DNA of 63,838 bases, filler included, from Xylographa opegraphella (lineage: Eukaryota): the NCBI GenBank assembly GCA_022813865.1. It is 9 parts of 9 records of this genome, joined end to end, with 100 filler letters (N's around TTAATTAATTAA, not from the genome) between each part and the next. Parts side by side here need not be neighbours in the genome. Positions count along the whole stretch, not along the records: positions 36,676 to 43,604 come from JALDZX010000206.1; positions 43,705 to 50,605 come from JALDZX010000207.1; positions 50,706 to 57,543 come from JALDZX010000208.1; 6 more parts are not named here. One strand, written 5' to 3'. Of the stretch, positions 39,150 to 51,461 are shown one piece after another. The first letter of the stretch is position 1. Each line of letters opens with the position of its first letter. The position numbers and the translations under genes are program-made. The notes below the pieces were generated by a model. The model did not search any database, was not told the DNA's origin, and saw only the letters and a program-made list of their open reading frames with translations.

Positions 39150-40568
39150 TTGTACAAACCCATTCTTTTTTGCCCTTTTTTATCCCAACACAAGTCTGAG
39201 CCTTTCAAACGTCCGGCGCGTTGGACCAAGGCGAAGAAACCTATTTCAACCTGTTTGCCGACTCCTCCATAGCGATGGCCACTATCTCATGCAATTTCTG
39301 GTGGCTACAAAAAACACGACTGTGGAGTGTGACGCTTCGGCATCCGTTATTTCCACATCGTAGGGAATGAAGCAGATTTCACGCCTGCTTATGAAGTTCG
39401 ATAATGTAACGAGGATGTTTCGCCACGTTTCAATTGTTGTAACCAACAATGAGGCTGACATTACGTTTCAAGTATCTACATGAAGCTAGGCATGGCAGGA
39501 GTTATAATTATTCACTCCACCCGCGATCACGGGGTGACCAGCATTGCTGTAGGGAAGCAAAATGTGCTGTGGCACCTACAGCTCAGGTGGCTCGGGTACT
39601 TTCAACCCTTCATTCCCCGGAACCTGTCCCTAGGTGACCTCATTCGGAGCGACTCAATTCGTACCTCGTGCTGGTGCCACCGCCCTGGAGGAAGCCTGTG
39701 AGACGGTGATATCCTCCGGTGCCGGCTTCAGCAACATTTCGCCATGCCGTCCTACCAAATCAGTGCCTTGAAGGCATATTTAACAGCTTACAACCCGACC
39801 AAAACGGCTACTCGGTATAACAAATCGCAGACTGTTCAGGGATACCCAGATGCCTCTGCCAATGGTGAGAAGTAATTGGTGGCAGTTGATTGCCTAAGTA
39901 TCTCAGACGGGGTGCATTAAGCCCCTCCGGGCTAGTGCTTTTACTTTGCTGATTAATGTGGTTGCAGGGGTAAATAATGTTAGTATATGTTAATGTCTTG
40001 GCGTACACTCGGAATGTCAACGTTATTATTATTTTATTAATTTATAATTCTAAACGATACTTTTAAATATATATTTTATATTTTATAAAATAAAATTATA
40101 TAAACGTGAATAACGATTTAAAATTTCCTTTTTAAACAGTAATAATACAATATTAATATTGTATAAATTTAATATATCAAAAATAACGTAATTTGGCAGA
40201 ATATTTTTTATATTGCTTAAAAATAATATAAATATTAATTTATTTTTAAGTTAACGTAATTGTTGGAAATAATATCGCCCGGCAAAATATTTTTCGTATT
40301 ATTTGAAGGCAATATAAACGTTAGCCCGCTATTAAATTAATATAATTATTAAAATAACGTAATTATTAATTTAATATAATCGTTAAATTAACGTAATCGT
40401 ATATAAAAAAGGGTTTGGTCTTTAAAAAATAATATTTTTACGCATTTTGACAAGTAAATCAATGAAATATTGATATCATCATTTTGATTTCACTCATTCA
40501 TTACAACTGTAATCGTATATAAAAAAAATCTTTTTTTTATATATTTCAATAAATAATTCAATAAAAGT

Positions 40569-40705
40569 ATTAATTTTATTATATTAATTTTATTATATTA
40601 ATTTTATTGTATTAATTTTATTGTATTAATTTTATTGTATTAATTTTATTATATTAATTTTATTATATTAATTTTATTATATGAATTTTATTATATTAAT
40701 TCTAT
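40569..40705. repeat. 14-bp tandem repeat TATTAATTTTATT(A/G)
   Basis: About 9 copies read directly. Confidence 0.8.
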
Positions 40706-41689
40706 TTATTTATTTTAATTAATTATAAACGCGAGTTCGCGTAACGATTAAAATGTGCAATTATAAAAAATAATTTATTATTCGAAAATTTATTATAAAA
40801 TTTAGTATTAACAAATATTTTAATTATTTTTTAGGATTTTTTACTATAAAAATAAAAAAAATCTATATTAAACGATTTTTATTACGCGTTTTAAAGAAAT
40901 ATATAAATTTTACGATGATTTATTAAGCGATTTTTTAATAAAATAAATATATATATATATTTGTTATTATCATTACGTATTTTTAAAAAATAAATAAACT
41001 TTTTATAATTCAAAAGTTTACGATACTCGCGGTAATTAATTACGCAAAATTCATTACGCAAAATTAATATATATATATATTTTTATCGAGGAGTTAATAC
41101 GATAATAAATATTTTATTTTAACAATATTTTTTTATCGCGAATGGAATTTTATATTATTTTAAAAATTAATTAATTCACTAATAAATTAACATTTAATAA
41201 ATAATATTGATTGATTAATTACTTTTATTTCGATATATTTTTGTAAAAAGTTTATACGGGATTTATTTATCAATATTTATATATAAATTAAAGATTAATA
41301 TAATAAAAATATATAATTTTTTTACGCTATTCATATTTTCGATTTATATATAATTAATAGATATCGTAAAAATTATAATTAGCCCTTTTCTTTTTGATTT
41401 CTACTCGTTTTATAACGGCCGCTTGCAATAATTGTTTAATTTTACGTTTATTATATTTTTATTAAAAAGGGCCTAAATTTTAATAGTCAATTTTTATTAT
41501 TTTTACCGATCGTTCGAAATTTATTTATAATTATAATTAAATATACATCGTAAAATTATATTCAAATCGTAATTAATACACTATTAATTATTTATTAAAT
41601 TTTAACTTTTTTTAAAATTTTACGCCAGTATAAAACGAAACCTTAAAATTCGATATTTAAATAGAAAAATGCGTTTCCCTTTGATTACG

Positions 41690-42230
41690 TCAGACGATTT
41701 TTAAAATAATCGATTTCAACTTACATTTTAAAATACTATGATTTTTTTAATTCATTATTTCGCAGGGTTTACCCCTATTACGCGTTTAAGGGAAATTAAA
41801 ATTTAATTTTAAAATTTTTTTAAATTTTGATATTAAAATAAAAGTCGCGTTTTCGTTAAATTACATTGAACGATTATTGAAATAAATAATTTCTTACGTT
41901 TTCGATATATATAATTTTTTACGGTTGATTATTTCGCGAAATTTTCATCGATCATTTTGTATAAAGTCAAAATTAAGTAATAAAACGATTATAAAACTTT
42001 AAATTCAGATATTTTTATGTATTTTTTCTTTTCATACGTAGAAACGACGTTTATTACGCGTTTTTGAAATTCTTTGCTAAAATATTTATATTGTAAAAAA
42101 TAAATTTTTTACGTTTTATTACGCTTCGTTGCCATTTTTTATGATAATTATATTTTTCACCGGCGCCTCGCGTATTTTTCGATCAGTTTTTAATTTTTAT
42201 ATCATAATAAATAATAATTTCATTGGCAAA
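41690..42230. repeat. RIP-degraded repeat shared with ~58150-58680
   Basis: Shared blocks such as ATAATTATATTTTTCACC(G/C)GCGCC(T/C)CGCGTATTTTTCGATCAG; class not determined. Confidence 0.6.
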
Positions 42231-42590
42231 AAGAATTCTTGCTTAAAATTCAGGGTTTTACAAGTCGATTAAAAAATATATTTTTTGCGTATTTAATATA
42301 TTTAATACGTTTAATATATTTAGTAAAAAAATCTATTTTTAATTTTTAAATAAATATTTTATATATTGAAAATAAATTTAAAATGAATTTAAAATATGTT
42401 TTTGAAATTTAATTAAAATAATTAAAAATAAAATAAATTTTAACATAACATATTAACGAGTATTATTTGTAAATATTCGTTAACGTTGCAACTTTATTAA
42501 TATTCAACGTAATTTAAAATTTTCAATGAATTTAATTTTTTTATATAAAATTAATTTAAACATAAATTTAGATTATTTTTATAAATTTAG

Positions 42591-42845
42591 TGTGGTGGAT
42601 TCGGGGCGGGTCTTTTGGGCGCTTTTTGATTTGGAGCTTCCTTCCTCACGCATCTNNNNNNNNNNNNNNNNNNNNNNNNNNNNNNNNNNNNNNNNNNNNN
42701 NNNNNNNNNNNNNNNNNNNNNNNNNNNNNNNNNNNNACCTTATTCAGAAAAGACTTGACCTAGCTGCGACCCCGATCCAATCCTTTTGCCTACCCCTTTG
42801 CCTACTCAACTAGGCTGCTGCGGACTTCCTACGAATTCCTTTACA
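42591..42845 (+). mobile_element. LTR family I (contains N gap)
   Basis: TGTGG..TTTACA; 5' part matches 7287; flanked by TTAG on both sides (possible 4-bp TSD). Confidence 0.6.
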
Positions 42846-44298
42846 TTAGTAGGGGATTTTCTTGAAAAAAAATTTAAAAAAATTTAAAAAAAATTTCGAA
42901 TTTTTTGTTTATTTAATCAGTTTTTATTTATTTTTTGTAATTTTAGTTTATTTTGTTTAAACGAAACAATTATATTAAAATATATTTTTTTAATTTTTTA
43001 ATTTAATAGAAAGGTTGCTAAACGTATTAAATGTATTGAATATATAAAATACTTATTCATTTACATACAAAGATTAAAAATTTTATATTATTTTTACAAA
43101 TTCACTTTTTGATCAAATTTTCCTTTTTCCTTTTTATTAATATCTTAATACTATATAAAATATAGTGCCACTCTGGGGTAATAAACGATATTATGTATTA
43201 TGATTTTGCATTTTTTTTTATAAAAAACTTGTCGCTATAAATTTTATTAAAACTTATAATTTTAAACACCTTTTTTTATTAATAAGAACGGAGTATTTTT
43301 AATAATTAATTTTCGTTAAAAACTATTTTATATTTAAATGATTATTTTATGTTCAAATAAACATTTTATATAATTAAATAAAAGTTTAACGTTTACGCTA
43401 TAATTACTTTTATAAAATCGAATATTACTTTAATTAATAATTTGATTTTTTTAATGTTTTATTTTTTTAATGTTTAATTTTTTTAATGTTATATTCTTTT
43501 AATGTTTAATTTTTTCAATGTTTAATTTTCTTAATATTTAATTTTATTAAAAGGCACGTGTATTTGGATCAGGGCGGGGGCAACAGTAATCGTATATTCG
43601 GTGANNNNNNNNNNNNNNNNNNNNNNNNNNNNNNNNNNNNNNNNNNNNTTAATTAATTAANNNNNNNNNNNNNNNNNNNNNNNNNNNNNNNNNNNNNNNN
43701 NNNNTCCTAACCGCTTTCGAACTAGCCTGAGTCCCGGATGCGCTTTAGTCCCGTTCCGTCTATCACTTGTTAAGGTGCCATGTAACACGCCGTTACAAAA
43801 TAAATTAAAAATAATTAAAAACGAAATTAACGAGTAAACTCGAGTTATAATTTTTATTAATTATAATCATAACATATATTAATATAAAAATTGATATATA
43901 CAGAGGTATATACATTATTGTATAAGCAGGGGCTACCCCTTACTAGCGAACTTTAAGAATTTTTGGTGTGTAGCTCCGTATTCCTCATCAGATTCACGGA
44001 ATCTCCCGGATACGGTAAGATTTAACTCCGTCCCGGTATCCTTCTGCAGCCCTAAAGATCTCCGCGGCTTCCTCCAAAGCTGACTAGCGATGGCGTTATC
44101 CAAAATTCTCAATCTCGAATAGAACCATCAACTAATCACTGGTGCCACCCTCCATGGCCGTCCTCTGCTCAAGGCCTGCCTTGGTTTCTCCGGAAGTGAT
44201 AGCCAGGTTTTCTTTCCATTACTATCCTCCTTAACCTTGTTAGTATATTGCAAGATTCTTACAAAGGAGCCTTTCCAATAACAATCAGTACCTCATAC

Positions 44299-46039
44299 AT
44301 GATGCCAGTGCCTATACTTACAGCCCATGATGCCACTGGGCACGTCCATCTTATAATAGGCTCCAATCCATTGGCCAGTGCCAGGTGTACGAAGAGTATT
44401 GAATCTGGCGCCAAAGCAATACTCATTGCTCCTCCAGAAGCTCAGCTGCATTACTCTCTCAGCAAGAAAGTTGCGGATGGTCAGATTCAATGGAGAAGGA
44501 AGAACTTTATGGACGAAGACCTGCAAAGCCTGGGTCGGCAAGAGGTTGCTTACGTTGTGGACGCTGTGTTTGTAACGCTGGGAGGTAAAGCACATTTGAG
44601 TATGATTCACCTGGATCGAGCTCGTACCTTTGCTGATCCGGGTAGGTGCCCACATCTCGACGTTATGCCGCAAGCTTCGTATTCCGGTCAATGTGACTGA
44701 CTCTCCTAATCTCTGTACCTTTTCGCTACTTTCTACCCATTCAGATGGGCCCCTTCAAATTGGAATTACTACAAATGGCAAAGGATGCAAACTGGCCTCT
44801 CGTATACGTCGAGAGCTTGCCGCTACTCTTCCTCCCAACCTCGGTGCAGCAATCGAACGACTTGGTGGCATGAGGAGACGTATATTCGAAGAAGACCATC
44901 GGCAACACGACTTGGCGGATGTGGGTGGGGACAATTCTGACGACGACGCACCAGCTCAGAAAGCTAGCTTCAATCAGCTCGTGAGAGATTCAGATCACGA
45001 TGCTGCCAAGACTCGCCGCATGCGCTGGCTTTCTCAAATCTGTGAATACTGGCCACTGCGACGATTGGCCTCCATCAGCGATGCTGAGGTCGAAACAATT
45101 TTGCAGTCCTACAATCCCACTGCAACAGTCGTACAGTCGTCGCTGGGCCTCCAAGCTGATATTATGATGTCTTCATCAGTTGCACATAAGCCGCTCATAA
45201 TTCTTGCGGGTTCTGGTCCAGGTTCTCCCCACTTACTCACAGTCGCCACACATCGTGCAATTCAGATTGCCGACGTGATTCTGGCCGACAAACTTGTCCC
45301 TGCACCTGTTCTTGACCTTATCCCACGTCGTACACCCGTGCATATCGCTCGCAAATTCCCTGGTAACGCTGATGCAGCACAGCAAGAATTATTAGAAATG
45401 GGGTTAGAGGCCTTGCAGAGAGGCTTGACCGTTCTTCGTTTAAAGCAGGGCGATCCGTATGTCTATGGACGAGGTGGAGAAGAATACATTTTCTTCCGCG
45501 AGCACGGATACATACCAATGGTTCTTCCCGGTATCACAAGCTCATTAGCCGCGCCGCTGTTTGCCGCTATACCTCCAACTCATAGAAACGTATCTGATCA
45601 AATACTTATATGTACTGGCACTGGAAGGAAGGGAGCAGCACCTGCTCCACCTCCATATGTCAAATCCCAAACAGTGGTCTTTTTGATGGCTCTCCATAGA
45701 CTATCGTCTCTCGTGGATTCTCTTACAGGTGTGAACCCTGCAGATGCACCTTCTAACTCGTCTCCAAATCAATTTCCATGGCCAAACACAACTCCCTGCG
45801 CTGTCATTGAAAGGGCGTCATGTCCAGATCAACGTGTAATCAGGAGTAGCCTGGCGCAAGTGGTCTCGGCGGTCGAAGAAGAAGGCAGTAGGCCTCCGGG
45901 GCTACTTGTGGTTGGATGGAGCTGTGATGTGCTCAAATCGACTGGGGGAGCGACTTGGCTTATGGAAGATGGGTTCAGAGGTTTTGACGAACTATTTACT
46001 GGGGACAACAAGATTCGCGAGCTGCTTGGAGAACTATAA
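44299..46039 (+). CDS. MET1: Uroporphyrinogen-III C-methyltransferase / siroheme synthase
   Basis: N-terminal Met8/CysG-B-like region (HLIIGSNPLA, RIPVNVTDSPNLCTF, LQIGITTNGKGCKLASRIRRE) and SUMT domain (LAGSGPG..LLT, ADVILADKLV, RLKQGDPYVYGRGGEE, VLPGITS, TVVFLMAL); intron 44600-44645. Confidence 0.95.
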
Positions 46040-46502
46040 ACGGAATTACAAATGGATTTCGGAATTGGGGAATCGCTTGGCGCATCAAAAACATCGGACG
46101 CTTCTACCACTGATATGTTCTTGCAACCCGATTCCCAGCTTCGCCCACAGCTTCCAATCACAGCCAATATATATATGAGGCCACCAACAATGTCACATGC
46201 GAGCATGCTGCATGCATATTTAGGCCCTCTGTGAATAACTGTTTAATAAAAATGCCTTGCCTTAAGGCTTTCGAGCAGTCTTGTTTATTTCACTATTTAT
46301 TTTACTTCCCATGTCTTTTCTCCTCTTGACTTCACTGAAGTCTTATTGTTTTCTCGATACTTTAACAAATGGTATTGGAAGAAGACCCGGTACTTTAACC
46401 GCCATTTACCAGCATAATTTCTGCCCTCATATTTTGCACAATTAATTCAACCCTCTCTTTCGTTCTTTATTTAATAACGGTGCTCTTTATTAATGTATCG
46501 AG

Positions 46503-46757
46503 ATGTGCGAGCGTGTGCACAGATACTACAGCTGCAGACATTCGTACGGGTTATTGAGACGAGTCGGCTGTCTCATATATGATCAACGGGGCGCCTGTTT
46601 TGACCAAGAGGATCGAGAGATGTTCTTGCCTGAAGAGTGTCTCAACTGTTGCAGAGAAAAGATCAACAAGAACAGCCAAATAACCAGCAATAACAGCAAA
46701 GCGGTCGGTAACCACAGCAAAGCTGGAAAACGTCGATGGGCTTTCTTTTGCCGCTGA
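46503..46757 (+). CDS. Small Cys/His-rich hypothetical protein (MC..YSCxH..C..C..CxxC pattern)
   Basis: 84-aa ORF MCERVHRYYSCRHS..GC..AC..ECLNCC; pattern recurs in small uncharacterised ascomycete proteins; AT/CT-rich promoter-like region upstream. Confidence 0.55.
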   Translation: MCERVHRYYSCRHSYGLLRRVGCLIYDQRGACFDQEDREMFLPEECLNCCREKINKNSQITSNNSKAVGNHSKAGKRRWAFFCR

Positions 46758-46890
46758 ACGCAACATGGAAGGTTCTCATTTACTTCAACTCAAATGCTTG
46801 CATCGAAGGGAGCAGAGCGTGAGACGGAACATTTGACGGACTTGGGATTGAAACATGGCACTGAATGCCTCATTCTACTTGCAATCTCTG

Positions 46891-47145
46891 GGGTTCTTTA
46901 CTTTTCCTATGGCATAACATGCGATGAAGCATTTGAGGCGTTGAGGAACAAGACACAGTGCTGGCGGCCTCGTGCTGCATATATTAGAAAGGGTCTTTAC
47001 TTTCCCAATAGCATAGCATGCGATGGAGCATTTGAGGTGTTGAGGAACAAAACACGGTGCTGGAGGCTTCGTGCTGCATATATTGGAATGGGTTTCTTGC
47101 TTTCCCAATGGCATAGCATGCGATGGAGCATTTGGGGTGTTGACG
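46891..47145. repeat. ~100-bp tandem repeat, ~2.5 copies
   Basis: Units start at ~46891, 46991, 47090 (CTTT(T/C)CC(T/A)ATRGCATARCATGCGATGRAGCATTTG..). Confidence 0.85.
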
Positions 47146-47979
47146 GATGAATTATGGCGTTGGAGGCATCACCCGGTATACATTTGGTCGGGTTATTTGC
47201 TTCTACTACGATACAGCATGCGATATACCTCAAGAGGTTTCTGTCCAACCTATGCGAGCATGTTGGTGAATTAGAAGTACATAAAGGCAAGACGGAGGCC
47301 TCGAGGTCTCTCAAGGCCCTCGAATTCACTCGTGCCGTTAAACGCTGTCTTCACTCCAGGAAACCGGGGACGGGCTGGGCACTATTCACATACACGGCTT
47401 CGAATACCGCACATCCGCGTACACCAATGAATCAGGTTTTTTTAACAGAGTACATCCCCCAGGCCTAGGGCCCTGCAGTAGCGTTCTGTAAGTAGCGTTC
47501 TGTAGGCAGCTACCTTGCCTACTTTATGCCCCACGTTGTGTGCGACCGCAGACTGTGGAACGGGAGATTCGCGATCTGGTACAATGTACTCTGGAAGGCC
47601 CCACACTTTATCTTTCTAGGGTTTGCTTGGGAGTTGAAGGAGCTTCGGTACCCAATTGATGAGTATGTAAATTCGGCATCCGATTCCGAGACTACTTTCC
47701 GATTGGACCTTTTGGTCACGAGTTCGGGGTCTATTTCTGAGCGTTTGTGTGGATCTGGTACTGCTGCTTTTCCTTCAGCTCAGTATCAGCTTCAAGGGTT
47801 TTCTCTCTATTGCCCACTCCTTGTATATGTTTTGGGGGCTTGTTCACGAGCGGGAGGAAGGGCAACGGTGAGAACATTCAAGCCTAGTATCTCCGTCGCT
47901 ATCCCCTTGTCCAGCCTCTCCAGTCCGCCATCGAGCCCGGGCACACAATAGCAGTAGATCCACGCACGACCACACAAAC

Positions 47980-49105
47980 TCAGTACCCAGTCCCAGGGCT
48001 CCCCTCCCTGACCAGCCCTCTACCCTCCTCCATCAACGCCACCCCGCTACTCGTCCCAATCCTCGTCGCCCCCGCCTCCATCATCCGCTCGCACGCCGCC
48101 AGCGTCCGCACGCCTCCACTCGCCTTCACCTGCACCTTGTTGCCCACCACCGCGCCCACGACGGCCTTCATCACGCGCACATCCTCCAACCGCGCTCCGG
48201 GCCCGTTGAAGCCCGTGCTCGTCTTCACGAAATCGAACCCCGCGTGCGCAGCGAGCACACATGCCGCTTGTACGGCGCCGGGGGAGAGCTGCGCGGTTTC
48301 GAGAATGAGTTTGTGGACCGCGGGGGGAGGGCAGGAGGCGCGGAGGGTGGCGAGTTCGGCGAAGATAGGTGGGTAGGTGGGCGATGGGGTGTGAGGGGGT
48401 AGGAGGGCGTGGTGGAGGACGATGTCGAGCTCGGTGGCGCCATGGTGGAGGGCGCGGAGGGCTTCGCTTGGGGGGTGGGTTAGTGGTTTGCTGAGTTTAT
48501 GGCAGGGAGTGGGGAGTGGGAGGGAAGGTACACACTTCACCTTTTCGTCTGTGCTGTAGCTCCCTTCGTGGAAGCCGACCACGCAGGCGACCACGACGGG
48601 GGTGCCTCGGAGGTTCAGCACGCAGCGGGAGACGTGGTTGACGCGGACGCAGACGGACTTCGTGGAGGGACTAGGTCAGTATGGGGGTGTTGTTTAGGAT
48701 TCTCAGAGGGGTGTTCGCAGGTCACCGGGAATGGTACGTGATGCGGTCTTTGTGATGACCCTTATTGGGAAACCCCAGAGTGGTATATGGCCCCCTGGCG
48801 GGAATGCGTACCTTGAAGTTATACTCCTTGGCCTCGCGGCATAGCTGGTCGATCTGCTCGTCCGTAGCGTCGAGCTTCAAGAGGGTGTGGTCGATATACT
48901 TTGCAAACTCGACCGTACTGGCCTTTGGGGCTTGGTAGGTCGGGTAGGTCTTTGGGAGGCTGTCGATTGTATCGTCGATGATCTGGACCCATTCTTCTTG
49001 GGTACGGGTTGGTATATGTGGACTGTTGGTGAAGGACCCTGTCGATTGCTCAGGGTGTGGCCAATGAAGATGTGTTTCAGATAGGTAGATAGATGAAAAG
49101 CTCAT
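47980..49105 (-). CDS. Deoxyribose-phosphate aldolase (DERA/DeoC family)
   Basis: YIDHTLLK, SVCVR, ACVVGFHEG, GATELDIV, KLILET, FVKTSTGF (Schiff-base Lys), VKASGGVRT, GATRIGTSSG; introns 48658-48811 and 48467-48535. Start uncertain. Confidence 0.93.
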
Positions 49106-49634
49106 ACGCGGCAACGCAGGAAAGAGGCTTGCAAGTTGAAATTGAAGTCCTACAAAACATGCACGTATTGCTGACAATTTGGAACAAGCGAAGACCGTTC
49201 AGTGAACATCGAGTAAATACTGAACCTACCTGGAGCTTCACGACGAGCCTGACTATCAGTGGCCATTGTTTAGTGAAGTAAATCTCTCATTTGATCAAAA
49301 ATAGATGGAGTGGATCTGCTGGGTCTCAAACTATCTGAAAAGGATGGATGAGCTTCAACAACTAGCGTCTCGTCGTATGATGCTTTCCACTGGTCGTTTT
49401 CTAGGACATATCAGGGTCATATGAATGATTCCTAGACTGTTGAATTTAGAATTGTCCTTACACCCATAACTTCAAGAACAGTATCTAAATCCTTAGCCTC
49501 CGCCATGTCCAAAAGCCAATGGATCGACGTTCTCACTAACATGCAGCAAAAATACGCCAACCATCGCCGTCACAGAAGGATACCCTCTACCTCAGCACTG
49601 AACAGACGACTCCATTCCAGAGTCCCTCCAGAAC

Positions 49635-50108
49635 TCATTGACAGCTTTTACATTCCGGCCCCCTGATCTGATCCACAGTGCCCAGCTTCCGCCCCCCACC
49701 TCCACCACTCCCCGGTGCAGGCCCTCCCCCACCACCTCCACCGCCCCCACCGCCGCCTCCTCCATGGCCAAAGAAGCCTCTGCCAGTCCGCGTCCCATCC
49801 CGCTCGCGGTTGTGGATGTTGTAAGCTGATGTCTGGGCTGCGGCGTAGGGATCAAGCTGCGCACGTTAGAAACAATCCCTTTGCTACTTCGGCTTGACTT
49901 ATGAGCGTACAGAAAATAGAGTTGTGATGTAGAGGCCAAGGAACAGAATGGCAGTGTCAACGAAGCCGCGGAACCGGACTGAGAGGGGTGGACTCCGGCC
50001 TAGTCAGCATCAGCGTCTCGGAGGAAGCGGAGGGCGCTTGGCATACCTGGTCAGTACTTTGCCGTTGGAGACGTATGCCCCTAGTGGTTTCCCGGCCGGC
50101 GCCGACAT
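49635..50108 (-). CDS. Selenoprotein K/SelG-like small membrane protein, Cys homologue
   Basis: Exons 50108-50047, 49992-49911, 49856-49635 give MSAPAGKPLGAYVSNGKVLTSPPLSVRFRGFVDTAILFLGLYITTLFSLDPYAAAQTSAYNIHNRERDGTRTGRGFFGHG(G-rich)PAPGSGGGGGRKLGTVDQIRGPECKSCQ*. YVSNGKVL, one TM segment, Gly-rich tail and penultimate Cys fit SelK architecture. Confidence 0.8.
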
Positions 50109-50339
50109 GATATATGGTGAAAGAAAAGCGCTTTGTGATGTCGTTTTGTAGGTTGACGAACAACGATGGCGTTAAGGAGACCGTTTCAATAAAGCCCCAG
50201 TGAGCCCCTGCACTGAAACATGGCGGCCCCACATCCACTAAGCCTTATCGATTACGCCTAAGTTTTGCCGTCCCCGAAGCTCACCGCCCGCAATATCAAC
50301 TCGAAATTCACATCCCACAGAGCTTCTATCCTGTGCACG

Positions 50340-50538
50340 ATGACACCGAATAACCCAAAGGTCTCCTATTTTACCTTATACCACCGCACATAACTAACAA
50401 GACGTAGAAGCGCAAGCGCGACGAACCCCGACCCAAAGACCACGGCCCTGACACCTCCAAACCGACCGCCATCTTCGAACCCAGCCAAGGCCGCGCCTAC
50501 ACACTGAGCATCGCCCTCCCAGGCAGCATAATCGCAAA
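50340..50538 (+). CDS. 5' fragment of SPOUT1/C9orf114 (DUF171) RNA methyltransferase, truncated at contig end
   Basis: MTPNNPK|KRKRDEPRPKDHGPDTSKPTAIFEPSQGRAYTLSIALPGSIIA(N); intron 50361-50407; TLSIALPGSII is the family N-terminal signature; next donor GTACGC at 50539. Confidence 0.75.
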
Positions 50539-50544
50539 GTACGC

Positions 50545-50605
<61 letters not shown>

Positions 50606-51278
50606 NNNNNNNNNNNNNNNNNNNNNNNNNNNNNNNNNNNNNNNNNNNNTTAATTAATTAANNNNNNNNNNNNNNNNNNNNNNNNNNNNNNNNNNNNNNN
50701 NNNNNCCGGACGCACTTTAGTCCCGTTCCGTCTATCACTTGTTAAGGTGCCATGTAACACGCCGTTACAGGTGCCATGTAACACGCCGTTACAACACTAT
50801 TTAAATGGATAATTAAGTATTTACTGCAGTCGAGATTTTTAAATAATTTTATAATTTAAAGTCCCTTTTTCGCGTAATTTAAAATATTTAATAATTTTTT
50901 CGATTTTATATAATAACCGTGCCAGCGTCATCGACGTATAATTTTTTTTAATTTTGATTCGGCGTTTCTTTATTTTAATTAAAATTTTATTAAAAAGTTT
51001 AAATTAATTAATGATATAAAAAAACGTAAAAATCGGCTATTTGATCGAATTTAAAAAATTTATTAATAAAAATTTTAAAAAAGCGGTAATTTTAATCGTT
51101 TTATTTTTAAAGTTAAATTTAAAGTTCGTTGATTTATTATTATTGAATTGATTTTTAGCGTTATATTCGCGATGATTTTTATTTCGATGATTTTATAAAT
51201 TTATTTTCTATTTATTAATAATTTTGCTGTTAAATAATTTATATTTAAAAAAGCTATTCGATCGTTTCGTATTGATTT

Positions 51279-51461
51279 TGTGACGGCTATGACATCAGTC
51301 ACAGGTGATAGGGGTTGGGCTGGATCAGGACTAGCACCTTTAGTATATAGTCTCGCCCATGGAGTAGCCTCACCGCTTCTCCATCTTAATCTGGGTTGAA
51401 ATCGTCCACCTAAAGCTTACGTTCTAGGCGTGCTTGTGTGGTGAGTTGATGAGCCGTAACA
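51279..51461 (+). mobile_element. Solo LTR family A (183 bp)
   Basis: TGTGAC..GTAACA; perfect TSD GATTT at 51274-51278 and 51462-51466. Confidence 0.93.

Noticed and set aside
12995..40705. Short tandem arrays (12995, 38436, 40569) as CRISPR
   Set aside because: No unique spacers, no cas genes, eukaryotic context.
47980..48660. GC-rich DERA as a recent bacterial transfer
   Set aside because: It has two spliceosomal introns and neighbouring fungal genes are similarly GC-rich.
49635..49637. TGA of the SelK-like gene as selenocysteine
   Set aside because: The Sec-equivalent position already holds Cys, Dikarya lack Sec machinery, and no SECIS was recognised.
50546..50605. 60-nt poly-C tract as a G-quadruplex or regulatory element
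   Set aside because: It lies at a contig end inside an intron; its length is probably a homopolymer sequencing artefact.
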